A stretch of 64,000 nt of DNA from Macrostomum lignano (lineage: Eukaryota), in NCBI GenBank assembly GCA_002269645.1, contig NIVC01000270.1, positions 124,001 to 188,000 of the forward strand, read 5' to 3'. Shown in pieces: positions 1 to 12,800 of this stretch. The position numbers and the translations under genes are program-made. Under the pieces are notes generated by a model. It ran no database searches and was not told the origin of the DNA. It saw only the letters and a list, made by a program, of their open reading frames with translations. Numbering within the stretch: the stretch's first letter is position 1; each line of letters starts with the position of its first letter.

Positions 1-413
1 TCCTCCACCCCCCCCCCCCAGCCTGTCATCTGAAGGGCTGAGCGAATTTTTTGCCGACTCTTTTGCGTGCTGCGCTGATGGAATAGGAGACTGAAAGGAA
101 ACGGAGCAAGCTAGAGTAGTGATAGGAAAAGGGTGCCGGAAGCAGACAGATCCGAGTCTACGAAGTTGCAGATGCCAAGCGGCGCTTGTTGCATCCCAAC
201 AACAGCCAACCACCCCAGTTTTCCTCGTTTCGTGCCAGTTTACCGATCACGAAGCCCTCCGCTCGTTGATCTGCTCGGGCTGCTCTGTGGAGCAGTTTAA
301 ACTTTGCTTTTTCCCGTCCTCATTAGTTAAATTCTCCTTTTGAGAAGCACAAATTCGTCCAATAATTATGTTTAAAAACAACAAGATATGTGTCTTGATG
401 CTTCAATAAAACT

Positions 414-1005
414 TGTTTCACAGTTCAGCGTGGAAGGCTGTTTGTTCTATAGTTCACCTTGTACTGGAAGGCCACCTGTTCCACAGTTCAGCGTGTGCTG
501 GAAGGCTGTCTGTTCCATAGTTCACCTTGTACTGGAAGGCTGTCTGTTCCACAGTTCAGCGTGTACTGGAAGGCTGTCTGTTCCACAGTTCAGCGTGTGC
601 TGGAAGGCTGTCTGTTCCATAGTTCTAGTTCACCTTGTACTGGAAGGCTGCCTATTCCACAGTTCAGCGTGTGCTGGAAGACTGTATGTTCCACAGTTCA
701 GTGTGTGCTGGAAGGCTGTATGTTCCACAGTTCACCTTGTACTGGAAGGCTGCCTGTTCCACAGTTCACCTTGTACTGGAAGGCTGCCTGTTCCACAGTT
801 TACCTTGTACTGGAAGGTTGCCTATTCCACAGTTCACCTTGTACTGGAAGGTTGCCTATTCCACAGGTTCACCTTGTACTGGAAGGCTGCCTGTTCCACA
901 GTTCACCTTGTACTGGAAGGCTGCCTATTCCACAGTTCACCTTGTACTGGAAGGCTGTCTGTTCCACAGTTCAGCGTGTACTGGAGGGCAGCCCGATACA
1001 CAGTT
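414..1005. repeat. 34-bp minisatellite (CAGTTCACCTTGTACTGGAAGGCTGCCTGTTCCA), about 17 copies
   Basis: Direct reading; explains the overlapping ORFs 388-1188. Confidence 0.95.
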
Positions 1006-4000
1006 CAGGAGAGTAGCGCGGTCCACATATCAACAAAAAGTTACAAGATTACGGTCATAAAATCTCTTAGCCGTAAAAATCAGTATATCAGCGACCTTCC
1101 AATAACCCCTTGTCACTTGAAAACAAACGGTTTCCAGTGTAAAGCCATGCAAAAAGGAGTTGCAGCCTATAACAGGGGATTTCGCTAAGCCATCTGGAAT
1201 GGGGCACGTGGGGTAGAACCGGAGTGAAAAACAAGCATTCCAGGATGCAGAAAGTGAGCCGCCAGCCGGAAAGCGTGATTGATGGTCACTTCAATAGCGA
1301 GCGGACCCGAGTGTCTATAATATAGCTGGCTTTTTGAAACCCTAAAACGCGCCTCGCCCCGATCGGATGACTAAAATCTGCGGCCACTAGTCCTGTCCGT
1401 CGTTGTTTTTACTTTTGCCTTTGTGCATTAAAAGCAGTTTTAGAACGGGAAATCGGAAAGCAAAAGCCACCAGCAGGGATAAATTTGTCCATGTCTAATT
1501 CCTTCACCTATCGCTGAAGTTCCCGTATTTTTCTCGTATAAAAGTAGAAGAGCGATTAGGCAATGATGGTTTTAACGCTTGGGATATAACAAATCCGTGA
1601 ACCCCGCCATCCTCTGATGCATACTACTTTGAATGCAAATCCCCCGGGGAGTCGATCCACTCCCAGCTCGGTCGGCAACAACAATACTGGCGGGATGTTC
1701 CACTGTTGGGGAGCAGCGATGGGAATCGCGATCCCGGTTAAAATAGTAGTGGATCCGAGACCATCAGGCTGTAACAACACGGGGGTGTCTGTGTGCGCGG
1801 ATCTTTTACCAACTCGGCACAGGCTACGGAGAGCGAATTTAGAGGGCCAGCCAGGAAGGAAAGCAGAAAAAATGGTTTCCAGAAATCGGATGGGCAAGCA
1901 AGTCACCTCATCCTCCGCTGGGAGCCCAACAAAAAGAAGAAAGCTGTAGAGGAACTACGAAGTTGATGAAAAGTTCGGGTTCTCTCTCCGGATGCTTTTC
2001 AGCTTTGCCCCCTTCGCTTTCTTTCAGGGTTTACTTGCTTTTGCTGAGAGCGACTAAGTCATTAATCACTGGGTTAGGGAGCGGGCCTGAGACTCGGAGC
2101 CGTGCCACGCCGGACCCGCAACCACAAGACAAATGGGGGTGGAACAGGATGGCACCGAGGCCTGGCGGGCAAGGGCCGCCTCTCTCCCCACTCCTTCGCA
2201 TAATTAGCTTCTCTCCCAAGGACCAGATCCCCCTATTCGTTTCTTTGCATTCCGCTCCTATTTTTGCATCCGCATAGAAACTTTGCTTGTGGCTGTTTGG
2301 CCCGCCCATCCCAGCCTCCGCCGTCTGCCCCTCTCCAGCTGCAGATGCAGTCAGAATTCGTACCGCACGGCACCCGGCCTGTCAAAGTGCCCCCGACTGA
2401 CCGACTGCGCCTCTCCCGGAATTGGGGAGAGGGTAGGAAGAGACGAAGAATGAGGCCAACGAAGGGAGATTCCAACCGTTCGCTGCTCGGGTGGTTGCAA
2501 GTACCAACTTTGCCTTAGAAATGAGAGAAGGATAAGGTTTTGCCTCGGTAGCTACTCCCTCTTCCCGGATTCCTTCCACATAGCCCTCGTCATTTGTCAT
2601 TGGGCGCCTTGGGGCTTTGCAGAATCCGGGAGGCGGGCGCATTCAGCAACCAACTGTTACCCCTATTTGAGTGTCTGCTGCCGCGAATGCATCAACAGCC
2701 GATGCTTGACGAGAAGGGAAGGGGAAAACAGATTTACCTCTCATCTGCCTTGTTTGCCGTCTTTTGCTTGCTCCTATTACGCTAGGACTTCCAGGTGACT
2801 CACTTACAGCTTCTTACTGGCCAGGGGGCATTAGCCACATCCTGATTACACCAAAGGAGCCCGAAATTCTTTCCCGCTTACTCTCGTCTTACACGCTTCG
2901 TGCGACCATCTGAGTGTCTCGCCAATGGTGACTCACGCGAGCATAGTCGGCGGGGCAGCATTTCTGCCTTGCTGCGTCGGAGTGCGGCGCAGCGCAGCTG
3001 ATCCGAGGGATTTTTTTTCTGCGAACCGACCGACCGACAGCCAGCAAGTCAGGCCAAACCAAGCGTCTCCCTCCTCCTCTCCCTATCTGCCGTGACTCAC
3101 GTTTGGCAAGATAAGACAGCATCGCTTGTATTCGAAATAGCTAGCTATAGGCATGGCACGTGTGGCTTGGCTGCACACAGCAATCTTTAATCCCAATGTG
3201 CACGACGCAATGCGCTGTCTGGGGTCTGCGAATGGCGGATAGGGTCAGGGAATAGGCACGGCCCGGACCACAACAAACAGTTGGTGGTCCCGCGGCCTGA
3301 AATTCGATACAGACGGAGGGGCAATCGTGCGCCAAGAGCTAACTTTCAAAGACTTCTGCTCGATTTTTGGCAAATTCCTTCCTTATAGTAGATAAACAAG
3401 TAGTCCGTGAGTATCAATTCTAGCTATCTGCATCGGCGGAGAAGCATGCCTGTTTATCGTACTACATATCAGAAAATGTACGACAGCAAATGTACCTTTT
3501 GTGTACTGTTGCATTAAAGCGATACAACAGGCAGTTTATATATCGCCGTACAACTTGTTATAGTCAAGCAGTATAAGACCTAAGGCCTATACTTAGAATT
3601 GCTTGTCCAAAAACGAAAACTAGACTGGGTCGCATTTGCCCGCAGTTCCACAGCATAAAACAACATTTTATTGGCCCAAAATACCCCCCCCCCGCCATAC
3701 ACAAACAATCATCATGGCCTTTCTCTTGTGCTCACACCGACACTCGTTCACTGCAATTATTCACACTAGCGGCTTCTAAATTTGCGCAATAGAAACATTT
3801 TTATGCACCAACCGCCCTGTTGGTCAAGTGCGCAAGGATTATGCTAATTTGCAGCGCAATTCTAGCCCGAAACGCGGGAGAGCGAATACAAAGAAAGGAT
3901 ATATTGAAGACAAAGCAGGCTCTAATTAGACTTATTTGACTCAACCTTCCAGCCTTCGTACATGTAGGGCGTCGTGGACCAATGCGTCCATTGACGGCTA

Positions 4001-6967
4001 AATGACACGTACTCCGAAAGTATTCTCCTCTGATAATATGTTGAGCAGCAGCAGCAAGCATGATGAGCCAATTCTGGCGGTTCCGCATTCGCGGTATCGA
4101 GTGTCATCGCGCGGAAAGATGGGCCCCCAACCAGCCAGCCCATTTTCGGTCGGTGCTGGCACATTGCGGTTAAATATATGCGGTCCCGGCGGATAGGATG
4201 ATGGATGCTGCAGGCCGCATCAGTGCTATCGCGCAGTCGGCCTTTTCTATTCCCTATCTATTTCCCCGATGCCAATGGCTTAAAAAGCTCGAGCCTTGTC
4301 GCATTGCCCGGCTTTAGTTGCATTTTGCCATCTTTTCTGCCTCTCTATCTCTCTCTGCGCTACTCTGAAATCTAGAATACTACATGCGACAGCGGCTCGG
4401 GAGCCAAGCCAGCCAGGCCATAGAGATACACTGCCGGTGCGCGTTCCTCCTCATCTGCTGCCTCCCAGCGTTCGATTCTTGCGCCCTCGATTCTCCGTCC
4501 GCGCGCATATTTCTCTCTCCAAATTTAATATGCGTGGCATTACAATTTTCATTGCGATTGCGAGCCAAAATTTGCATACCGCCCCCGCCACCGCCAAACC
4601 CTGCTGCACGGCGCCCTGCGCAATAGTCAGAAACGCGTGCAATGCCGCAATGCCAGTGCGCCCGTTGCGAGGCTGGCTTGAAAAGAAGAAGCATTGAAAG
4701 AAAACGAGAAGAGGGGGGCATCGATAAAGTAAAAGACGAGAGAAACTCCCCGACTATTAGGATGGCATTTGAACGAAACTAAAAACCCAATTTTTTTAAA
4801 AACTGGAATGCTGGGCTTGTAATAATCACGCATAAAAGCATCAGATAGAATCAAAGATTGCTACTGCTGTACTGGAAGATCAAATTTTCAACGAATTTAG
4901 CCAATTCTCGTCTTCTCTTTAAATTGCGTATTTTTTATCTTGAACTATTTCCGAGCGATTTTTTATTTTGTTTGAAAAACTTGTTATTTTTATTAGGCAG
5001 ATTATTAGCAGTTAATATTTCTTTATCTGAGGTATTATAGTAGAGCTTCCATGGTTTGAGCGGAGTGCATTGGCGTGTGAGAATCTGTCTCTCACTCTAA
5101 AATTATATTCCTCCATTGCATTTACTTGGGTAATTTAGGCAGACACCAGCGTGGCATTGGATGGCGTGCAGAAGCTGGGACTTTGGCAAACGGTTGACAG
5201 ACACCCGTTGTTTCTTATAGCGTGACCAGCACGGATTCGCAAACACACTGACAGGCCACTCGTTCACACAGTGTCAGTCAACGCTATAGCAGGCTGAATG
5301 CTCCTTTCCTCGCTGCTGCGCCCTCTGTTGCCTCTAACTCTACCAGCCTTCTTCTATCGCAATTGGAATTCTTACCAATGGGATTATGAATTATTCCGCT
5401 ACGCCAGACCCCGCGCGCAAACGGCAGAGAGGAGAAAATCCCCACCGATGGATGGACTGTGCCAGTTGCAAAAAATATGCCACAGAAAAAATCGTGCAAG
5501 CCATGCAGTAGCTGGATAGCCACAGCGATAACCAACCACGGCGCCGGTCCCCGGCAGACGACAAAGTTTCAACAACAAAAAACAATAGCAAAAACAGAAT
5601 CAGCTGTGGCTGTAGCAACAGTACACGATACGCATGTACGAATGAAATAAAAAAAGGACAGGCGCTTAAAGACCAGGCGAATATCGCATTCCACAGATAA
5701 AGTGGGATAAACACGGCGGCAGGCATAGCGATTCGTTTCCCAACCGCTTCCCTCTGCTGACAGCGCGAGGCCTCTCCCCTCTCCTAGTGTCCGTGTAGTG
5801 ACCTATTGCGCCTGGTCATGTGCAAAAACAAACTGTAAGGTCACTGCCAGACATGTAGACCCGAAGTTGTAAATTTGATAGCAACCCGCCTTCAACCAGG
5901 CATTTTCAGACGCCCATTCCACCTTTAACGTGTCGCCTCCCAATAGAATCTTATCCATAAGGCAGGAGTGCCGTTGTCGTAGTCTGAACAAACTGACAAT
6001 TCCTTTGCCAACCAGATCCCACCTACGTCCACTTCCCCCAAAATCCTACTGGAGTTGGGAAGAAACACGGGCATTATGCGAAGCAGCCTGATCATATCGC
6101 CATTTCTTACCCATAGCTACTCACTAAACGGCGCCAACACGGTGCTGGACAGAATAAAAGAGAAAATTGCGAGTGAGAGAAGAGTCAAATAATCTGACTG
6201 GCTTAGGGGCGCCTTGTGAAGGGGTCACCGCGCGTCAGGCGACCTGCAATGCAGCAATTTCCCCTTTTACCTCTCTCTCCCGCGCTTTCGGGCTCACCCG
6301 CACTTCACAACCGGAGAAGTTGGGGGGGGGTAATGGTATCCTCGGATATCGCGGGTCTACTGAAGAGTTACACAGACACTCGGCAGTTTACTCCAGTTAG
6401 ATCCCCCTTGCATAGCTACTCAGCTCGCACACCTGGCGCCTTCAGCACACCCGAGAGCAGAATTAGAGGCTTAACAGACAGAAGAACCGGAGGAAGGAAG
6501 AAGGGCCAGAGCAAAAACTCGATCTATGTCTATAGTAGCGGCTAGCTAGTCTCGCATATAATGCATTGTTTCGTCTCTTTATTATATTGTGCGTTCCTGA
6601 CATTTGGCAAGCTTGATTCATACAGCTTGACTAGGACCACACGGCAAGCGGATTAGCTCACTAGATAGCTAAACTATAATACCGAACTCCAAGTTATTCA
6701 ACTTTGTAGCAGTGTATAGCTAGGATACACAATTTGTCCTCAATGGGTTAATAGCGACTCTAGGAATTGCTCTGTATCTCTCTGACTAACTAGTTACAGC
6801 TATGACTCTTATATACCCAGCAATATGACTGCATTTTGTAGAGGCGAGATAACAGCTCTCAGTCTGTGCGCTTGTGCGGCATAGCAATTTTACCGCACCC
6901 ACACACGCACAAACATATTACAGTTGAGTCTGGCTTCAGCTTATCTATTCGATTGCGAGTGGGTTTT

Positions 6968-7049
6968 TTAGAGAGGCTTTCGGTTTGTTTTACTGCCGAG
7001 GTTCCCAGATTGCTGCTGCTGCGGATAATGGCCGGGAGGTAAGGGGGCG
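6968..7049 (-). CDS. Candidate MBNL terminal coding exon (APLPPGHYPQQQQSGNLGSKTNRKPL*)
   Basis: cccctctgcag| acceptor, phase 2 matches the 8125 donor, low-complexity P/Q sequence. Confidence 0.25.
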
Positions 7050-7324
7050 CTGCAGAGGGGAGTCGAACTGCAGACTTGCGCGGTATCTATCAACCAGTTC
7101 ACTGTTTGTATTTCGACGAATGACCGACCCTCAGTGTGAAGTCATTTTTATTGCCTTCTTACGAATTCGCTATCTTGTGTGTACCGAATGTGAGCAGCAC
7201 CCGAAAATCCCCCCGCCACTCCCAGATTTCCTTTGCTCTTATCGATGAGCAGAAATAATCATAAATAATACAAAAATATATTGATGGAAAAAGTAATAAA
7301 AAGGAAGGAATGGGAAATGGATAG

Positions 7325-7580
7325 AGGGGAGTCATGGAGGGGTTATAGATTCATGTAGGGAATCATTGAGTCATGAAGAAGATTATAGTCATGGAGGGGG
7401 TTATAAAATCATGGGGATTATAGATTCATTGAGGGGGTTATAGATTGAGGAGGAGGGAATAAGGAATTAAGGGGGAAATCATTGAATCATGAAAAAGATT
7501 ATACAAAGTAGAGTCACGGGGGGGTATAGAGTCATGAAGGGGGTTATAATCATGGAGGGAATCATAGTCATAGTCATAGA
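7325..7580. repeat. Degenerate purine-rich repeat (GTCATGGAGGGGGTTATAGA-like)
   Basis: Imperfect recurrence of GTCATG/GGGGTTATA motifs. Confidence 0.55.
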
Positions 7581-8124
7581 AAGTCTCTTTGAGGCAGAGA
7601 GGTTCAGTGAGACTCAGAAGACAGAACAGAGCCTTTGAAAGACATAAAACGCATTTGACCTTGAAAGCACACAGTTATCAAGAGCTAAACTATGATTCTT
7701 TAGTGGCATTGACTAGTAAGGTACAATTAAAGGGCAAATCAGCCACCACCTCCCCCCCAAAAATGGTACTTTGCCAATTGTGAAAAAAAACGGTCGCCAT
7801 TAATTAAAAACCGCTATTGGCCAATTGCTACAAATAAACGCTTAGAAAGCGGCGCTTTGCATAAACTGCACATACACTGAAGCGGACGAAGAGGCAGAGA
7901 TGAAGGGCAGAGAGAGATGAAGGGGAGAGAGATGAAGGGGAAGAGAGAGATGAGGGTTAAAATTGCATACTGCCGTAAAATTTGATTTATTCATGAGAGC
8001 TAGCTCATGGCCAACCTCAACTTGCATAGCGCAAGAGAAAGCTGCGACTGCTCCAAAATGTACCCCCCCCCACCTAACTTGTGACCCGCTTTCGGCTGAG
8101 TACCCGGTATAAGAGCCCACTCAC

Positions 8125-8214
8125 GACTCTGTTCCCTTTAGCTTCTCTCCCTGCCTCTGCTGCTCCATCTGTTTGCGGCGCGTTCGCTTTTGCGGCGCGT
8201 CAGTCGCGCGCTTT
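8125..8214 (-). CDS. Candidate 90-nt MBNL cassette exon (basic, NLS-like KRATDAPQKRTRRK)
   Basis: ctttttacgtttag| acceptor and |gtgagt donor, open frame, phase 2/2; linking exon from 9585 not found. Confidence 0.3.
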
Positions 8215-8382
8215 CTAAACGTAAAAAGAGCATCGGCATTGGATTTTGAGCTAGCCGGTGTGAGCACTGCTAAGGCATTCAGAGTAGCTAACTGGCCTAA
8301 CCCTATATTCAAGGATGCTCATTCTCTGCCAAAGCCTTACTGATGTGAGAGCACGAGTCTAGAGTCTCAAGTCGTATATTCC

Positions 8383-8592
8383 TGTCTCTGACACTGAAAT
8401 CTCACCCTGTGCTGGGTGTCTCTGACACTGAAATCTCACCCTGTGCTGGGTGTCTCTGACACTGAAATCTCACCCTGTGCTGGGTGTCTCTGATCCCGAA
8501 ATCTCACCCTGTGCTGGGCGTCTCTGATACCCGAAATCTCACCCTGTGCTGGGCGTCTCTGACACTGAAATCTCACCCGTGCTGGGCGTCTC
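8383..8592. repeat. 34-bp minisatellite (CTGACACTGAAATCTCACCCTGTGCTGGGTGTCT), 6 copies
   Basis: Direct reading. Confidence 0.95.
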
Positions 8593-9584
8593 ATCTCATT
8601 TAGGAGCCCCAAACGAGCTCGAACTTGCTTTGGGATTGGGAATATTATTGATTTGGAAATCGCACACCAGATCCCGGCACCCATTATTCCAATCCGACAA
8701 TCAGCAAATCTTTCATTCCCGTAAATGCTATCTAGACGCGAACCTCGGGAGGACTCATTCCGGGATTGCAATTCCAATAGGAAAATTTACATGCAAATTC
8801 GGTCAAACCCCCATTACTGGTATCAGCATTTTTTCTAGGTTCAGCCGGAAAAATCATTGGGGTAAAAATTGGCCCTAAGCCTGATGGATGGCGGGCCCGC
8901 ATAGCGGTCTATACAAATTTGTTAATAATAGGGAGTAAGTATAGTATTAATAATATATATAATACATGTAAGTAGTTCTGACGCACATATTTAGTTATAA
9001 GTTGATAGCTCGTAAATCTATCCTACGAAAGGCAAAAGTTATAGCAACTTACGCTCATATGCAGCAAAGCGGCACGTACAAAGCGAATATAAAAAGTATA
9101 GATATTTAATTAGTCATCCTACATGTAACTAAATTAAGCGAATTGCAAGCGGCGGTTATTAAATATATAAATAATACAGTCATGATTATCCAGCCAATTA
9201 AATTTGCAGGCTAAAAACGCAGATCTAGGTAATTTGGCAACAACATTTATCGTTAGAAATGGATTCTATTATAGCTGCTCAATTCAATAATCTGAGGGGA
9301 TTTATTAGCTCCAGTCAACCCAAACCGCAATACCCATACGGCCATACTAAGCTATCGCTTAAAAAACTGATAAAAAGTAAGCAATTAAAAATCACAAATT
9401 AAAACCATTAGCCAGCAGAGCTAGTCAAGCGGGGCTGGTTTAGCAAACAAACTAGACTCCCTTTAAAAGCTTGAAACTTGCGTTGTGCGGCGGTGAAGCA
9501 ATCGTTGCTGTTTTAGATAAGTCTCAAAACTAATTAGTGATCCCCATAGCTGCTCTAGGTGAACACCAGGATTTGAAAACTCAC

Positions 9585-9899
9585 ATCTCGATTGTCAAGC
9601 TTCATGCCTTGGCCGGCGCTGCCTCCTCCGCTGTTGCCGCCACCGCCGCCAGCTCCGTTGATTCCGTTCATGCTCTGCTGCTGCTGCTGCTGTTGCTGAT
9701 GTTGTTGCTGCTGCTGATGCTGTTGCAGGGACGCCGTCTGAGACTGCGGCGGCGGCGGCGGCGGGGGTGGCGGCGGCCCTCCGCTAAGAAGAGCGTCGGC
9801 TGCGGCGGCGGACATGACTGGCAGGCCGCCGGTGCCCAGGTAGCCGGTGTAGGTCGGCGCCGAGGTGACCGCGGCCGCCATGCCGCTGTTGATTAGCGG
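9585..9899 (-). CDS. MBNL: MBNL coding exon 3 (polyP/polyQ/Gly linker ending MKLDNRD)
   Basis: aatttgcag|CCG CTA ATC ... CGA GAT|gtgagt; 315 nt, phase 0/0; in frame with exon 2. Confidence 0.8.
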
Positions 9900-12800
9900 C
9901 TGCAAATTGTGGGATGGGGGAAGGCATAGTTCATTTCAAATCCCAGTTCCTACTGGTCAAATCCCAGTTCCTACTGGTCAAATCCCAGTTCCTACTGGTC
10001 AAATCCCAGTTCCGTCTCGTCAAATCCCAGTTCCTACTGATCAAATCCCAGTTCCTACTGATCACATCCCAGTTCCTACTGGTCAAATCCCAGTTCCGTC
10101 TCGTCAAATCCCAGTTCCTACGGGTCAAACCCCAGTTCCTACTGATCAAATCCCAGTTCCGTCTGATCAAATACCAGATCCCACTGATCAAATCCCAGTT
10201 CCTACTGGTCAAATCCCAGTTCCTACGGGTCCAATCCCAGTTCCTATTGATCAAATCCCAGTTCTCTAATCCTTTAAAGTTATAAGACTGTAAGTTAAAT
10301 AAACAAACACTAAAGCCTCCGATCCGATGATTAGTTAAAACAACTTATTAATATGCACAATTTAACAAATTGCGCCTCATCAAACTGGACCTGCATGGAT
10401 TGCACCTGGCCCAGTAATCTACGCGGACGGGCTATATGGACATTGCGCGCACACACACACACACACACACGGAGGCTACCCAGCCTCTTTGAGCTGAAAC
10501 CCTAGCACACACCAATAGCCTCAAGATCGAAGCCGGGACGCCGAGACAAGAGGAGAGGCGGGCTCAGGTTGACGAAGATCTCGGTAGAGATGAAGCAGAT
10601 ATGTTAGCGGACGGGAGAAGAACGCCAGGAGAGCAAAGTGGAGAAAAGCAGCTAAGCCTGAGAAGGGATGATGAAGGGGGGTTTTCAAAACAAGAGGCAG
10701 CAGTAGAGACAGTCAGTGCTGCTCACTCAGCATCCTCCCCAACCTCCCTCATCTCTCTCTCTCTCGTTCTCCGTCAATCCTTTGTGAGCAAAGTCACTCA
10801 GCTCTATCCTGTAGCTATCTGAGTCCGCTGTGTGTGAGCAGCTGTTTTATGTAGATACATATTTATTTGTCTCCTTATTTATATCTGCCCTTGTACAATA
10901 TCTAGCTACTAATAGACTCTGATTTGGACTGTTTAATCCTTTAATCCGGAAGACTTAGGACTTTGCAGCTCTTTCGCACCTGTGGACAAATAAAATGGGA
11001 CACCACACAGCAGAAACTAAATTACTAAATGAGATAAAGCGCAACAAGAGACGCCGAGAAGCAACAAAGGAAACCATGGCTACTCTGCCTAAGGGATTAA
11101 ATCCATCTAAATCGAATCCTTGTTCCACTTTTAACAGTATGAAAACGAAGAAATTGAATCGATAAAGAGATTGCGAGGCGGATGGAGCAGGATACTCAGG
11201 TAGGAGAGAGTGAAGCTTATCAGACCCTCTGCCTGGAGGCACAAAACTGCAAATTTAATTAACTAAAATCTGGGTACTCATTTCTCAATATCGCTGACAT
11301 TCTCGCCTCCTGTATTTCCTGTTTTGCTGTCCCATCGGGAGATAGATAAATGTCTTTCAGCTGACTCAGTTTGACTCACTATGGAATCATACCTAACAAA
11401 ATATGCGATAATAACAGCGACGAATGACTCATAGGTCACAGGTCGACATTCACCTCCTCCCAAAGGATTTTTCTTATTTGCCGCCAGCTTTGCCTTCGTT
11501 TGCGATTTACTAAAAGACGAAAATGGCATCGGCAGTGAAAAATGACGCTTTCGGATCAAATCCGGCATTAACGGGAGCGGAGATTGGGATGTCATTTTTG
11601 GGGGGGGGGGTTACATATTCGGCATTTTCAGGCAATATAGCTTCAAGTACCGAACTGTCGATAGCTGAGAAGCAGTTGAGTAGGTGACGTCAGTGTTTTA
11701 AGGAGTGAGTGAAGCCGGGCCAAGGAGGAGTGAAGTCAACCTCCCCTCCTCATCCCAGGGAAGGAGAGACGAAACCTAGCCCTCCCCCCAACCACAGTTT
11801 CTTTGAACTGCTGAATGAATTTATTTCGCTATCTCTCTGTCTGCCCCATCATGCAGCCCAAGCCAGCCTCCTCCCCCTACCCCAGTCCAGAGCAGGCCAG
11901 CAGAGCAGGCTCAAAATCCAAGCCCCCCCCCCCAGTAGTGTGCTATGTTTATGCCGGCGCGAGATCGACGCCGCCGCCCCAGAACTCTAGCAACAAATCT
12001 AATTGGGTTTACTAGCTGGGCCCCGCAATGCAATTATGCAGAGAGCGCGAGATGGCTGCTGGGGTGAGGCTTCGGGTGAGAAGGGGAGTCGGGATGGTAA
12101 GAGAGCTGGGAAAGAGGAAGAGACGGAGTGGAAAAACGAGTGTCAGTGTGGGCGAGTTTGTAGCGAGAAAAAATGGGGGTAGGTTAGGTCGATTTGAAAC
12201 TGAGATATCGTTAAGGGAGCCCCGTTGGATCAAAACGCAGTCGGCCAATCTCTATCTGCATCTCCTCTTAATATCCAGCGGCGCCCCCCCTTAGGCGGCC
12301 TTTTTCGCAATTGAATTTGAACGCGACTCAGTTTTTCCTGTGACAAACAAAGCTCGAGAGTTGAGGTTTGAGATAGGGCTTGAGTTGAGTTGGGATGGGG
12401 CAAACAGGAAAAGCGAGATGATGCGCCAAATAATAAATAGCCGCCCTTTTATCTCGGGACGACTCGGATTCGGGATTGAGCAGGGAAATGGATGCTGCAT
12501 CCAGCTTCCTGAGTTGAACACGGAAGTTAAACAGGATTAGTATAGTGTAGATTTTTACGATGCAAAGCTGATATTTTCAGTTTTCGAAAATCTACCTAAG
12601 CATACACAAGTTTATTTAGAGACAGGTTTAATAATTAGGAAATTGTGCCAAGCAGACAGACAGAGAAGGCTAGTGTTTAAAACTGATTTTTGACGAGAGT
12701 TTAATAATTTAATCAGTTTTTGAAGCTGTATGAACCTTCTCCCGTACCCGACTCGTACGTTAGAGAAAACCGATCTTACATGCCTTCCCAGGCCTAATTG

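Noticed and set aside
4451-4642. AVCKFW and NCNATH fragments as MBNL ZnF3
   Set aside because: The motifs are in different frames and the CCCH spacing is incomplete.
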